Shown here: positions 26,510-37,495 of the stretch, piece after piece | How positions within the stretch are numbered: position 1 is the stretch's first letter | How the letters are laid out: each line of letters begins with the position of its first letter | DNA from: Octopus sinensis | Lineage: Eukaryota | DNA length: 64,000 nt | NCBI RefSeq assembly: GCF_006345805.1 | Contig: NC_043000.1 | Coordinates: 59,582,001 to 59,646,000, forward strand | Direction of reading: 5' to 3' | The notes under the pieces: model-generated | What the model saw: only the letters and a program-made list of their open reading frames with translations | Databases searched by the model: none | Told to the model about the DNA's origin: nothing | Program-made: the position numbers and the translations under genes

Positions 26510-26609
26510 TATATATATACACATACACACACACACATATATATATATACATATATATATATATACACATACACACACACACATATATATATATATACAT
26601 ATATATTAT

Positions 26610-26650
<41 letters not shown>
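26235..26650. repeat. Compound (TA)/(CA) microsatellite with an approximately 32-bp higher-order unit
   Basis: catacacacacatatatatatacatatatata recurs at 26279, 26311, 26343 and onward. Confidence 0.85.
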
Positions 26651-26812
26651 GTGGTACAAAAGCATATTTGAGTAGGTAAATAAACACAAATATAATAACT
26701 TTGCATTTATGAGTGAAAAAAAACTGAATAAATATGACATGAAAATTATATATCAATTTAAAAAAGAGACGTTATAAGTAACTAGTTTTTAAAAGTTATA
26801 CAAGACACTTAC

Positions 26813-26937
26813 CCGCCGGGCTTTGGTGACCAGATAAGAAGTTCGATTCATTTCTGATATAGTTTTCTGTGATTGACTTTGAGGTAATTTCCCCTGCAGA
26901 AATTCTTTCATAGCTTCTGATGAAAGTGTGCTACCAC
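26813..26937 (-). CDS. Internal coding exon (125 nt, phase 1-0): G-GSTLSSEAMKEFLQGKLPQSQSQKTISEMNRTSYLVTKARR
   Basis: Acceptor ctttatctttccaccttag|GT and donor CGG|gtaagt. Within ORF 26789..26998. In frame with the previous and next exons. Confidence 0.88.
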
Positions 26938-27537
26938 CTAAGGTGGAAAGATAAAGACTCAGTAATATACTGTCTAGCAAACAGACTAGTCTAAACACAA
27001 ACTAGAGCACAAAGAAAATAAATATTCTAATATGAAAAATAAACTAATCCTATATTATTACATGGAAAAATGTGAGCAAGAAAAATAATATTCTTAAGAT
27101 TATAAACCCGGAAAATTACAGGACAAGTTATCACACTTGGAAAAGTTCAGGACAACTTATGACATCTGGTAAAGTACAGAACAAGAAAATTTTTACTTAA
27201 AATATTGCAGCTAAGGATAAAAGGTGTTTTTGCATTTTACCCTTGAAAGATAAGGCAGACAGAGAAAGTGATACAAATGGAAAGAATAGTATTGAAGAAT
27301 TCATTTCTCTTCCACCCTGTATATTGCATCAGTCTCGTTTACTGACCATGGCCTGATACATTTATTTAAAGATAAAAACGTAATTTGAAGCATTAGTTAT
27401 TATCTTATAACTTGTAAATCTATCAACAAATAACTAAGTTATGAAATGCCAGGTGTGAAGACATGCGTCTGGAAATGGAGAAGAACCATTGATTGAATTG
27501 TTACATAAACAGAGTCTATCACAAGCATTCTAGAATA

Positions 27538-27589
<52 letters not shown>

Positions 27590-27615
27590 GGGGGAGAGAG
27601 AGAGAGAGAGAGTGA
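27538..27615. repeat. (TA)n followed by a G-run and (GA)n microsatellite
   Basis: Directly visible. Confidence 0.95.
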
Positions 27616-27968
27616 GAGGAGTTAAAATGTACTGAAAACTATCCTAACAGTCTATTTCTTCTACCTGCTAATGAAATATTTGTCAATTAGTAATACATAT
27701 ATATCTCTCCTAAGTATTTATTTTCAACTAGGAAACCAGGTGATTCAGGAATATCTTTATAGCTTTGGCAATCAAAACACAAACTAAACACTTATTTCTC
27801 ACTAGGTTGGATATCTTGAATATACATAAGGACAGTTTAGGTTCTTTCATTAAATCAGATGAAACTAAGAACTACACTTTTGAGCTGTAAACAATAAAAA
27901 TACCCTTTTCCCCACCCTAACAACAAAATTATTTCCAAAAAAATATAAAAGAAATATTGATTGATTAC

Positions 27969-28158
27969 CCAAATCAGATTTTGGTCTTGGCCTTGAGATT
28001 GTAGACTCACGATGTTCTCGCAAATGTCTGGGATCAAAATAGCTTGCAACCTGTTTGACATGTTGAGGCCAATGGACATTAATATCTGATTTTGGTCGTT
28101 CACGACTTGATACAGAATGCTTTCGATGAATAACTTCATGAGAATTTTCAGAAATCAT
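27969..28158 (-). CDS. Internal coding exon (190 nt, phase 0-1): MISENSHEVIHRKHSVSSRERPKSDINVHWPQHVKQVASYFDPRHLREHRESTISRPRPKSDL-G
   Basis: Acceptor attttcatatttttctctag|ATG and donor TTGG|gtaatc. Within ORF 27865..28158. Phase matches both neighbouring exons. Confidence 0.88.
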
Positions 28159-28316
28159 CTAGAGAAAAATATGAAAATTGTAATCAGTATCTGTGTTAAA
28201 AATCTGGCGAAATTCAGTACAGTTCAGAAGTATATAGTAAACAAATAATAATAAGGTTACGTTTATATATTTGTTTTGCAAGATTTTTGATGTGAAATCG
28301 TGTGTTGAAACAGATA

Positions 28317-28495
28317 TTGTTGTATTTAGGAGCAGTCATTTTGCCAGTTTAGCCAATAAAAAATAAAAACACACACACTATATATTTGGTGTTAATATAA
28401 AAAATGAGTAACGCTGAAGCAAAGTAACACCAAATATATAGTGCGTGTGTTTTTATTGGCTAAACTGGCAAAATGACCATTCCTAAATACAACAA
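28317..28495. repeat. Imperfect inverted repeat, arms about 70-78 bp, 30-bp spacer
   Basis: Left arm ttgttgtatttagga..gtcattttgccagtttagccaataaaa...ctatatatttggtgtta. Right arm taacaccaaatatatag...ttttattggctaaactggcaaaatgac..tcctaaatacaacaa. Confidence 0.9.
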
Positions 28496-28504
28496 ATAAG
28501 AAGG

Positions 28505-29890
28505 TTGTTTCTGATATAAACACAAGGTCAGAAACTGGGAAAAGGAAGTTACTTAAATCAACCTAAGTACTTGACTGTGCTTTATTTTATCAACTTCATT
28601 AGGAATGAAATTCAAAATCATAAACAGCTGGAAACAAACTAATAATTCTACAAATTCATTGGCAACAACAATAATGGTATTTTCTGATACAGATATAAAG
28701 CCTGAAATTTTGTTAACAGATTAGTCAATACAATTGACCCCAGAGGGATGAAAGACAGAGTTGATCTCAGTGAGATCTGAACTCAGAATGTAAAGAGCTG
28801 GAAGAAAAACCAAAAAGCACTTTTTCTGACACTCTAACAATTTTTCTGCCTGAGTGCCTTTAATAATGGTTTCTGCTTTAGCACAAGGCCAGCAATTTTG
28901 AGGGGAGTGGGTTAGTCATACCATCAACCCCAGTACTTGACTGGTGATTTATTTTATTAAACTTGAAATGAAGAAGGGCAAGTATCCTAGATGGGATTTG
29001 AACTCAGAATGTAAACTATCAGGATAAATACTGCAAGACATTTGCCAATTCACCACTCTTAATAATTGTTTCTAAATCAGGTACATAGGCAACAATTTTG
29101 AAGGGATGAGGTTGTTTGTTACCAACAACCCCAATACTTGACAAGTACTCCATTCTATCAACCACAGAGGGATGAAAGGCAAAGTTGACCTTAGCAGTAT
29201 TTGAACCCAGATTATCAAGAGCCAGAAAAAATATTACAAGGCATTTTGTCCAGTACACTAATGATTCTGCCAATCCGGCTCTCTCATAATAATTCTTTTT
29301 ACTATAGGTACAAGGTCTGAAACTACGTGAGGAGTGGGAGTTAATTGATTACACTGAACCCTGGTGCTCAGCTAGTATTTGCTTGATTGATCTTGAGAGG
29401 ATGGAAAGGCAAAATTGACCTCAACAGAATTTAAACTCAGAGCAAAAAACCAGACAAAGTGCTATTAAGCATTTTGTCTGGCATGCTAATGATTCTGCCA
29501 TAATAACAATAATGACAATCCTTTGCCTGAAAATTGGGAGGAGGTGGGGCTAGTCAATTACATTAACCCCAATATTCAACTGGCACTTATTTTATCAATT
29601 CTGAAAAGATAAAAGACAAAGTTGACCATGATAGACTTTAAATGTAAAGTTAAAAACATGCTGTTAAGCATTTTGTCCAGCATGCTCATAGATCTGCCAT
29701 AATAACAATAATAATAATGATGGTAATTGTTTCCTATTTTGGCACACGGCCAGCAATTTGGGGGGAAAGGTGTTAGTTGATTACATTAACCCTACTTGAG
29801 TGGTATCATCAAATTCTGAGGGATGAAAGGCAAAGGTGACCTCAGCTGGATTTGAATTCAGAACATAAAAAGCTGGAAACAAATACTGCA
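28505..29890 (-). mobile_element. Train of about 7 head-to-tail, diverged abundant-family SINEs
   Basis: Repeated ...cacaaggcc.g.aatttt...gatgaaaggcaaagttgacc...tttgaactcagaa... units separated by (AAT)n. Confidence 0.75.
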
Positions 29891-30346
29891 ATACTATCTT
29901 GAATAATACCTGCTTTTATTTGTCACAAAGGTGAGTAAAGATGACATTACATGAATGAATTACAAAAACAGTGGTGAGTGTTTTGCAGAATCAGTTATGA
30001 AAAAACAAGCATACAAAACAAAAAAAAAGTATATTGAAACATGAAATAAGACACCTCAATTGGGAGACAATCATGTAAGACCAATTCAGGAATCCTGCAG
30101 ATTTAGGATTATCATCACTCTCCAAAGCCAGTTGTGTTCTCCAGTCCATTAATATGATACTAATTTATTGGCAAAAGGGGCTCACCATATAATACAAAAC
30201 ATGCCTTACAAGAATCATGTAACATGGGGTGCACATATAGAGTAAATGCAAGGATGGGGAAGCAAAAATGTATAATAACAGGTTAAAAATTGAAAAGAAT
30301 ACAATATAAACAAAGCTGAGATGATAACAACAACAACAGCAACAAT

Positions 30347-30477
30347 AAAAGTTCGTAGAAAGTCTTGGAAAATAATGGTCTTTATTTTGAGGAATAATTT
30401 TTGTTGTTTTGGTTAGTACTTGGCGAGTAAAAATTCAATTTTCGCAAGTGTTTACGAACTTTTGGGACAACCTAATA
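30347..30477. mobile_element. Mariner/Tc1-type MITE relic
   Basis: Inverted aaaagttcgta (30347) and tacgaactttt (30453), followed by gggacaacctaata, which resembles a TIR ending in TA. Confidence 0.45.
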
Positions 30478-30759
30478 ACAATTTTTTGTAACATTGGTAC
30501 ATAAGTTTGTAGGTAAGAAATATTGTCAATTGAACTAACCCTTATATATGACTAACATCAATTGACACCTTCCCCTATATGGAACAGTGGGAGTCCACTT
30601 GAACCTCATTGTGCATAACTGTTTTAGACTATTGTTTCATAGGGATCATAAATGAGATCTTTATTGGATATCGTCTACTAGTCGGAAATCTGATAAAAAA
30701 AAATGCGAGCAACAAGGCTAACTGTTAAACCAGGTGACTCATATTCTACTCTTTTGTTT

Positions 30760-31090
30760 TAGTGAGTAAATTGCAGCAAGGCTGGCATATAACCCCGAAG
30801 GGGTTAAGTCAATCATACCAACCCCAGTATCTTTTAAGTTTGGTACTTATTTTAATGATCTTCATTTGTAGCACAGCTAAAGAACAGAATATAAATTTAA
30901 ACACTGGTTTTTCAAAACAGACACAGAAAACAGACATGTACATGTACATATGTATGTATATGATGGACTTCCTTGCAGTTTCTGATTATCAGTTTTGCTC
31001 ATAGGGTATTGTTCAGCCCAAAGCACCAAGCTTTGGGACTGAACCCAAGACTATATGAATGTAAAATATTTTTGAAAATACTGGCCATGA
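30760..31090 (-). mobile_element. Diverged CORE-like SINE
   Basis: cagtttctgattatcag...gctttgggactgaacccaagac resembles the reverse complement of the family. Confidence 0.45.
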
Positions 31091-31114
31091 TCATTCACCA
31101 AAGAAATCCCTCTA

Positions 31115-31149
<35 letters not shown>

Positions 31150-31157
<8 letters not shown>

Positions 31158-31305
31158 TTAGTGAATTGAAGAAATGGAGTTGAACGAAGATTGAACAGAA
31201 ATCGTTTTATTTCATTCTACACGTGTTTACACGTGTAGAATGAAATAAAACGATTTCTGTTCAATCTTCGTTCAACTCCATTTCTTCAATTCACTAATAA
31301 TATTA
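31150..31305. repeat. Perfect palindrome: 77-bp arms, 2-nt loop
   Basis: Bases 31150-31226 are the exact reverse complement of 31229-31305 (checked by eye). The centre is ctacacgtgt-tt-acacgtgtag. Part of an approximately 300-bp insert bounded by (TA)n. Confidence 0.95.
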
Positions 31306-31714
31306 AAATTCAATTATCCGCACCAATGCACGGTTGCAACACCATATGGTTGTACCTCCAACCGTGCTGTCTTCTGCTGTGATTTTTGCCACCAAGGTAT
31401 CGGTTAAACTTTTGATTAATCTGCAACAAGATTATTCATCTTTCTATTTCACATATATATATATACAAAGAAAACTATCAATATTTTCATTAACATAATT
31501 CAAACTAATTTTATTGCATTTTTGTTACAAAATAATAAAGGTTTCTTCTAACTTTAGCACAAAATATAGTGAGAAGCAGATCGGAAATGAACAATACAAT
31601 GGCTCTAGTAATATTTATTGACTTACCCCCTCCTCCTCCTACTTCATGCACCCAATCCTACCCCCCAAAAAATATTCCAAAGAATTAAAAAAAAAAAGTA
31701 GATTGCATACTTAC

Positions 31715-31801
31715 TTGCTCATTTCCCAAAGTGACATCAACAACTTTAAAATCATATCCATCTCTCCTTTCTTTTTCCTTTCCTATTTTCCATTGATATA
31801 C
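31715..31801 (-). CDS. Internal coding exon (87 nt, phase 0-0) of an unidentified minus-strand gene: VYQWKIGKEKERRDGYDFKVVDVTLGNEQ
   Basis: Strong acceptor (gtgttttgttttctcttcttcttcag|GTA) and donor (CAA|gtaagt). Open frame lies within ORF 31685..31873. Splices in frame to the exon at 28158. Confidence 0.85.
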
Positions 31802-32339
31802 CTGAAGAAGAAGAGAAAACAAAACACAAATAGTCAAAAAACTGAGAGAATAATGCAAATAAGGATTTCTCATGCCATAAAAAAAAATATGGTATATAAC
31901 ATAAATTAAGTATAATGATCCAGCACTTTTTTAAATGCAAAATAGGTTTAACTGTGTCCTTATGTTGTGTTTGTGTGTGCGTTTATGCAATGTGTAAGGG
32001 GAAAAAACTGAAGCAGATATAGTTCAGAGATTAGATTTCAGGGAAGTATTTTTTTATGCTTGAAAAGTAGAATCAATAATAAAAATATGATTTGGGGAAA
32101 TGATTCAACCAAATATTTTTTTTATCAATATATATATTTATGATTGTTTTATTTTAGACAATAGAAATATTTAAATATGTAAAATTTTAATTTTAAAAGT
32201 TTATATACACATTATATATGAGCATTTGTATTTTGCGTGTGGGGGGAGACACATATGTGTACGTTCAGCTAGATACTCAAAATGCAATTGAAACAAATTC
32301 TCTGATAGCTTTTACATAAAAGATTTTGGCATGGATGCA

Positions 32340-32561
32340 AGCATAGGTGAGTGATGATGAAGTTCACTTCACAATCACATGGTTCCAGGTTCGATTCCAT
32401 TCTCTAACATCTTTTTTACAATTGTCTTCTATTATAGCTGTAAGTCAACTAATATTTTGTGGGTTAGATTTTATCAGTGAAAACTGCACAAAAGTTTGAT
32501 GATGCGAGTGTGTATGTACATACACACCAACAAACTTTTGTGCAGTTTGTGTGTGTGTGTA

Positions 32562-32595
<34 letters not shown>

Positions 32596-32780
32596 CAGTT
32601 GTGTGTTTGTGATTATGCTTACATGAGTCTTAAACACAAGTGCTATTTATATTCATGTCTTTTATAGCTTGTAACTTAGTCATCTGAGAAATTAATTTTG
32701 ATAAAATATGTACCAAACTGAAATAAGAAATGCCCCAGTATGGTCACTTTTCAGTAACTGAAACCACTAAAAAAAAATTA
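32340..32780 (+). mobile_element. Diverged CORE-like SINE containing a local fold-back at 32481-32548
   Basis: cacatggttccaggttcgattcc head and family-like 3' part. aaactgcacaaaagtttg/caaacttttgtgcagttt inverted arms. Confidence 0.55.
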
Positions 32781-32804
32781 AAAATTAAATGAAACAACTA
32801 TTAT

Positions 32805-33361
32805 TATTTGGTGTGCTTGTTAGCACAAAAGGCAAAATGCTTAGCAGCATTTGGCGAGGTCGACTTTAACTTTCATGCTTTTGGGGGTCGATGAAATAAC
32901 TACCAGTTGAGCACTGGGGTTGATATAATCAACTAACCATCTCCTCCAAAGTTTCAGGCCTTGTGCCCATAATAGAAAGAGTTTTCATGGTAGTGAGCTG
33001 GCAAAATCAATAGCACACCAGAAAAAAAATGGTTAGTGGCATTTCTTTCACCTTTATGTTCTGTGTTTAAATTCAGCATTTCATCCTTTTGGAGTCAATG
33101 AAGTAAGTAAAAAGGTTTATTATTGTTCTTGTTATTATCATTATTAAGAAGGTGGGGAGCTTGCAGAATTGTTAGTATACTGGATGAAATGCTTAGCAGT
33201 ATTTCGCTCAGTGCTATGTTCTGAGTTCAAATCCTACCGGTGTTGACTTTGCCTTTCATCCTTTCAGGGTTGATTAGATAAGTACCAGTGAAACACTGAG
33301 GTTGAGGTGATCGACTAGTCCCCTCCCCCAAATTTCATGCCTTGTGCCTATTGTAGAAAGG

Positions 33362-33396
<35 letters not shown>

Positions 33397-33585
33397 TAAG
33401 AAAACCTTAAGACAGTGGTTTTATGGTATTTGTTTATGACTCATTTTAGTTTTTGAGTTCAAATCCCACATAAGTCAACCTTATCATTCATCCTTCCAAG
33501 GTCAATAAAGTATAAATTAGGTGCTGGGGTGTATATAATATAACCACCTGTTCCCATCAGACTGGCCTTATGCCTGTTAAAAATT
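32805..33585 (+). mobile_element. Train of about 4 abundant-family SINEs
   Basis: Repeated aaatgcttagc...gactttgcctttcatcctt...gtaccagt units with (ATT)n tails. Confidence 0.75.
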
Positions 33586-34109
33586 ATTTCAAAGAATAAA
33601 CTACTAATACTGATGCATGCAATGGTTTAACATTTTATCTTAAATTTCTTGTACCAAAAATGGAATTTAATAGTAAAATATATAGCAACACACACACAAA
33701 AAAGAAACCTGTCATGAATAAATAAATAAAAATTATTGCTCAGTACATAGGCACCAAAGTTTTTGGATGTTGGAAGTAATGAGAAATTTCAACATTCATG
33801 TTTTTCTGAAAGTTATTAGCAACTCGTCTAAAGAAGGGGAAACAAGTTTATGCAAAAGTCAAAAGCAGCTAATGACCTTATTCACTACTCATTGATTTTA
33901 AAATGCTTTGCACCTATACCCAGTGTAACATCAAGTACTATATCAGTTAAAGAAGAATTGATCCTTGGATCAGACTGACTGAACTATATCCAGAAGAGTC
34001 ACTGAAAGAATTACCCAGGACCATGTGTTGTATGAAAATTTAATAGTAAAGTGAGTGTTACAACACTGGATGGAGTATGCAAAGAAATTTTAATTCCTTC
34101 ATATTATAA

Positions 34110-34335
34110 CCTTAGAAGGTGGCAAAATGGAAGAAACATTTACATGCCAGTCAAAATGCTTAGTGAAATTTAGTCTGTCTTTATGTTCTGAGATCAAATT
34201 CCACCGGGGCTGACTTTGTCTTTCATTTGTCTTAAGTCAATAAAATAAGTACCAGTTGAACATGGATCAATGTAATCAACTTACTCACTCTCCAAAGTTG
34301 CTGGCCTTGTGTCAAAATATGAAACCAATATTTCA
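34110..34335 (+). mobile_element. Abundant-family SINE
   Basis: aaaatgcttagtg...gactttgtctttcattt...aagtaccagttg. Confidence 0.65.
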
Positions 34336-35124
34336 ACCTTAGTGATGTGAGCACTCAATATTTAAATGACTAATTCTAAAAAAAAAAATGTGGGGTGGGA
34401 GTAGATGGGATGGGGGTGGGTGGACAACACCACAGTTTAATTTATCTCATCTTTAGCAGTATGGTAACAACTCCAGATATGTTTTAGTCTTATTAGACCT
34501 CATCAACATCATCTAATTTAATTGTGACAGATAGATGTTAACGAGAAAGCTTTAAAATTCAAACACTATGTGGTAAAGCAACTTACAAAAAAAAGCGGGG
34601 TTGGAAAACTTCTGTGGGATACCCACTGCATGAAAACTTAAAAAGTAGTTTGCAATAGTGTTATACTTAAGCTTTATGTATCCTGTCAGAATTGTCCTCC
34701 ACCTTTTGTTTTCGATTCATATATATTGTATACGAGCAAAACGTCCCCTGTCAATGGACGGTACTGAGTTGTCAAACATTTAAACCAAATTTTCTCAAAA
34801 AAACTTGTCCGACCGTCCCATATGCCTCCCCTTTGAGAAACACTGATTTAACTTAAATTTGAGACACCAGCAAAAGAAGAAATAAAGATAGACTTTTTTT
34901 CTATTCCAAAGAAAAACGATTTTATTCACACAAATATGCAACTGAAGAGTTTAAAGTACCAGTAATGATAAGGCTGTTGATTGGGAGAACACAAACATGG
35001 TTTAAGAAGTAAGCTTGGCAGGAAAGAAACGTGCCTTTAAGCAGTACAAAAACAACAAAAAATGGAAGGTGCAGTTATGTACAGGTTGATGGAAGATAAG
35101 CAAGACAAAAACGGCTTTATCAAT

Positions 35125-35290
35125 CGCATTTTCACCTGGAATCGATTTTTGTAATTTTTTTCAAGACTTATACATGCCCTGATACCCTCAGTATCTACAT
35201 ATCAAATTTGAGCGCAATCGGATGGAGGATGCCCGAGATCCTAGAAGACACACACACAGACAGACAGAATGGATTTTATATAATAGATAA
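35125..35290 (+). mobile_element. Helitron-like 3' end fragment
   Basis: ...caaatttgagcgcaatcggatgg...cacacacacagacagacagaatggattttatataatagat resembles the 3' architecture of 13430-13531. Confidence 0.4.
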
Positions 35291-35534
35291 GGAAGAGATG
35301 AGACTAAAGCTACATTCGTAAATATGCCTTAACATTATTTTCAAAAAATTATGTTTTATAGTAATTCTCATGAGTTTTTGAATAAGATAATTTGTTGGAT
35401 AAAATTTGGATACACTCACTGGAACTAGCTGGTAATTATAATATAATGAAATTATTATATGTTACAAAATTTTTTTAACAACCTTACCAATAACTAAACA
35501 AATGTAAACAAATCCACTGCTAATATTATTATTA

Positions 35535-35985
35535 ATAATAAGGTGACAAAAAGGCAGAATTGTTAGCATGCCGGGCAAAATGTTGAGCAGCATTTTGTCT
35601 GTCTTTGCATTCTGAGTTCAAATTCCACTGTGGTAGATTTTTCCTTTCAACTTTCGGGGTCAATAAAATGACTGGGATCAATGAAATTCATCTAGTTCCT
35701 CCCACAAAATTTCTGGCCTCATGCCAAAATTTGAAGCCAATATTATTATTAATAAGGCAGTGAGCTGACAGATTCATTAGCATGCTGGGCAAAATGCTTA
35801 ACAGCATTTCGTCCTTTTTGTGTTCCGAGTTCAAATTCCACCAATTTCAACTTTGTCTTTCATCCTTCTGGGGTCAAAAAAATAAGTACCAGTTAAACAC
35901 TGAGACAATGTAATCGACTAAATCCCCTCCCCCAAATTGCTAGCCATGTGCTAAAAACTGAAACTAATATTATTATTATTATTAA
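35535..35985 (+). mobile_element. Two tandem abundant-family SINEs
   Basis: gttagcatgccgggcaaaatg... heads, family core and (ATT)n tails. Confidence 0.75.
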
Positions 35986-37024
35986 CTGGAATTTAATTTT
36001 TAAAAATATATGAAAGCAAATTGAATGATACTATTTGTTACAATTACAGAGGTTTTGATGGTAGAGGCTATGTCTGTCACACAATTATTGGTTAAGTAGG
36101 AATATAAAGAAGAGGAAGAACTCTGAAAGTAAACTTGAGTTTTGACTGGTCACTTTTCATAGTGTCAGGATGCAGACATTGATAAATCACTCCTTACATA
36201 ATTATAATACATGAATGAACACAGTCTTACATAAAAAAATTACAAAAAGACAACACCTCATATTGTTCTAATATAGAGACATTGGCTGGTATTTCCTTAC
36301 ATGTCTAAAAGTATATCAACATGAACTAATTAGTCACTCTTTACACATCAGCTACCAGAACTGCTGAACTAGTGAGGAATCTACTCAACTGGCAAGAAAT
36401 GGCAGCTGAAATTCACTCAATTCACACTATTGCATAAATAAAATGACATGGTCTTGGGTAATTTTTTTTAGTGATTATTCTGGATGTAGTTCAGTCAGTC
36501 TGATCCATGAATCGAATCTTCTTTAGCTGATTTAGTACTTTGTTATTTTCTTTTAGGTCTTTAATGTTATGCTGAGTACAGATGCAAGCATTTTTGAATA
36601 AATGTAAGCCCTGAGTGTTGAATAAGTTCATTAGCTACTATTGATTCTCAAGTAAACTTATTTCCCCTTCTTTAGATGAGTTGCTAATAACTTTCAGAAA
36701 AACATAAAGAGAAATACATGATGATCATAGCTTGAATGTTTTTAATAACAGGTCTGTTTTATCAGAGGTTAATTTGGGGGCAAAACAACTAATTGTTCTC
36801 TAAAACATCAAATTGTGACAAGTAGTTCGTTACTCTTTTGCAATTTGATTTTTTTTTTTTAGTTTATCTTTTTTGTTAGGAATACTGAAAAGTGTAGTGA
36901 TGATGAGAGTCAGTTATTTATTTAATTGTTCTTCCAGTCCAAATTATTACATAATCACAAACGTAGAAATAGACCAATAAAGCAATTTATTTCAAGCAGC
37001 TGGGAAATTTTTATAGAAAAAATT

Positions 37025-37495
37025 TCATAGGTGTAGTCATGGCTATGTGGTAAGAAGTTTGCTTCCCAAACACATGGTTCCAGGTTCAGTCCTACTGCAT
37101 GGCACGTCTTCTATGATAGTGATAGCCATAGGCTGACCAAAGCTTTGTAAGTGGATTTGGTAGACAGAAACTGAAAGAAACCCCAACCATGCCAGCATGG
37201 AAAGCAAACATTAAAGGATGATGATGATGATGTGAAAGATGTGTGTATTTGTGTCATTGTGTCTGTGTTTGTCCCCACACCCACTGCTTGGCAACTGATG
37301 TTGGTGTGTCTGTGTCCCTGTAACTCAGCAGTTCACCAAAAGAGACCAAAAGAATAAGTACCAGGCTTTAAAAAAATAATTACTAAGGTTGATTCATTTG
37401 ACTAAAATTTGATTCATTTGACTAAAATTTTTTAAGGCAATGCCTCAGCATGGCCACAGTCTAATGACTGCAACTAGTAAAGGATAAAGATAAAA
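37025..37495 (+). mobile_element. CORE-like SINE with an internal RTE-tail-like patch and a 20-bp tandem duplication near 37390-37430
   Basis: gtgtggtaagaagtttgcttccc head and gagtggatttggtagacagaaactgaaag-like core. ttgattcatttgactaaaat occurs twice. Confidence 0.7.

Noticed and set aside
25723-26756. Many overlapping 100-190 aa ORFs ([12 protein letters not shown]-rich); likewise 361-558, 3998-4208, 13840-14474, 14831-15053 and 49657-49899
   Set aside because: Stop-free translations of TA/CA/TATG microsatellites.
33921-34001. Exon-like segment ending in ...DVTLG, echoing exon 31715
   Set aside because: Stops in all three frames, and it is part of the repeat also found inverted at about 36470.
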